A stretch of DNA of 51,525 nt, the filler included, from Jimgerdemannia flammicorona (Eukaryota), in the NCBI GenBank assembly GCA_003990765.1. It is 2 parts of 2 records of this genome, joined end to end, with 100 filler letters (N's around TTAATTAATTAA, not from the genome) between each part and the next. Parts side by side here need not be neighbours in the genome. Positions count along the whole stretch, not along the records: positions 25,819 to 51,525 come from RBNJ01000801.1; 1 more part is not named here. One strand, 5' to 3'. The position numbers and the translations under genes were made by a program. Of the stretch, positions 50,791 through 51,525 are shown one piece after another (positions within the stretch are counted from its first letter, which is position 1; every line of letters starts with the position of its first letter). The notes beneath the pieces were generated by a model, which did not search any database, was not told the origin of the DNA, and saw only the letters and a list, made by a program, of their open reading frames with translations.

Positions 50791-51525
50791 GAACGACAAG
50801 GATACTAGACCACCAAAGACCGACCGTAGCCTAAGACCTGCCAAGATACCCAAACGACCGCCAGGAACCTTTCAAGTTAACTGAGATGGACGAGCAAGCT
50901 GTCAACCTATGTTTTCCCAACCTACTGTGCCACGAACTGTTTAAAGTCAAGACCATCGCCGAGTTTGTTGCCGAGTTTGCCACCAGGAAACTTAGCCAGC
51001 ATAATTGCCACCCTGATCCACTAAACAATTGAGCCATCGGCGTCCTGAGCCGTTGAACAACCGAACGACCTCCCCATTATTATTATCACACGAATCGAAC
51101 GACCTGTCATGTGACCAACGACCTGCGAAACATCACCAATGCCTTCAGTTATATACATTGTGTGTGTCATCTGTGACATATTGAGCCATACAGTCGAAGT
51201 TTTTTATACATAACCAACGCCACATTTTGGGGGCTCAACTGGGAAAGTTTTCAAAAGACTTGACCATTTGGCTCAAGAACCCAGTGATCTACAGTGGAGA
51301 ACTTAGCAGGACCAAGTCAGCAACCAAACCAGGGGCAGCAACAGCCCTCCTCAGCAGAAAAGAAAGCCCACACCCTTGTCAGAACAGTAGCCAGGACCCT
51401 ACTCAATACCAGTAGCCAGAAAACTGAATCAGAAGAAAGAAGTGACCCAGATTACGGTTTGACTTCAAGAGAAAGGAGACAACTCAGAGGGCAACCAGAA
51501 CCGCCCCTTCAGATCCAAGACTTAG

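Larger units (their letters stand above)
48766..51525 (+). mobile_element. Element D: 5' end of a Ty3/Gypsy element with a ~2.46-kb LTR (48766-51224) and a tRNA-Pro-like PBS (51228-51245)
   Basis: ATAT|TGTGACA start, abrupt switch to CpG-containing sequence, TATA/AATAAA module at 50375-50406, then ...CCACA followed by TTTTGGGGGCTCAACTGGGAA. The second LTR is outside the window. Confidence 0.8.

Noticed and set aside
49980..50808. ORFs 49980-50264 and 50554-50808 in LTR D
   Set aside because: They are translations of tandem-repeat arrays with no independent coding evidence.

Overview
Transposon-dense eukaryotic DNA, most likely from a Glomeromycotina/Mucoromycota fungus (inferred from element types, short AT-rich introns, CpG depletion and a Mollicutes-like insert). 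An artificial 100-nt contig linker lies at 25719-25818, so the two halves may not be adjacent. The window holds two near-full-length L1/Tx1-like LINEs (1-~5650 minus; 33924-39699 plus), several LINE fragments, a chromovirus 3' fragment, a Sola-like transposase pseudogene and the 3' end of a CpG-rich host kinase gene. It also holds at least five related Ty3/Gypsy LTR elements. A (9247-19684) is complete with an ATAG TSD; B (25819-28019) is a young 3' half; C (40810-47618) is complete with a CTAT TSD; D (48766-end) begins with a 2.46-kb LTR; E (~30170-40100, minus) is very decayed. A, C and E encode dUTPase. The main result is a shared, uncharacterised accessory gene ('ORF3', core Y-x-[IL]G-x2-L...A-x-[RK]-[IV]H-x-[LI]F). 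It sits in the env position after integrase in A and B, but inside the LTR U3 region in C, D and probably E. A second notable feature is a 1.7-kb operon-like island (21309-22981) that reads well with TGA=Trp and resembles Mollicutes-related endobacterial (MRE) genes. Older repeats show C-to-T decay at both CpG and CpA.
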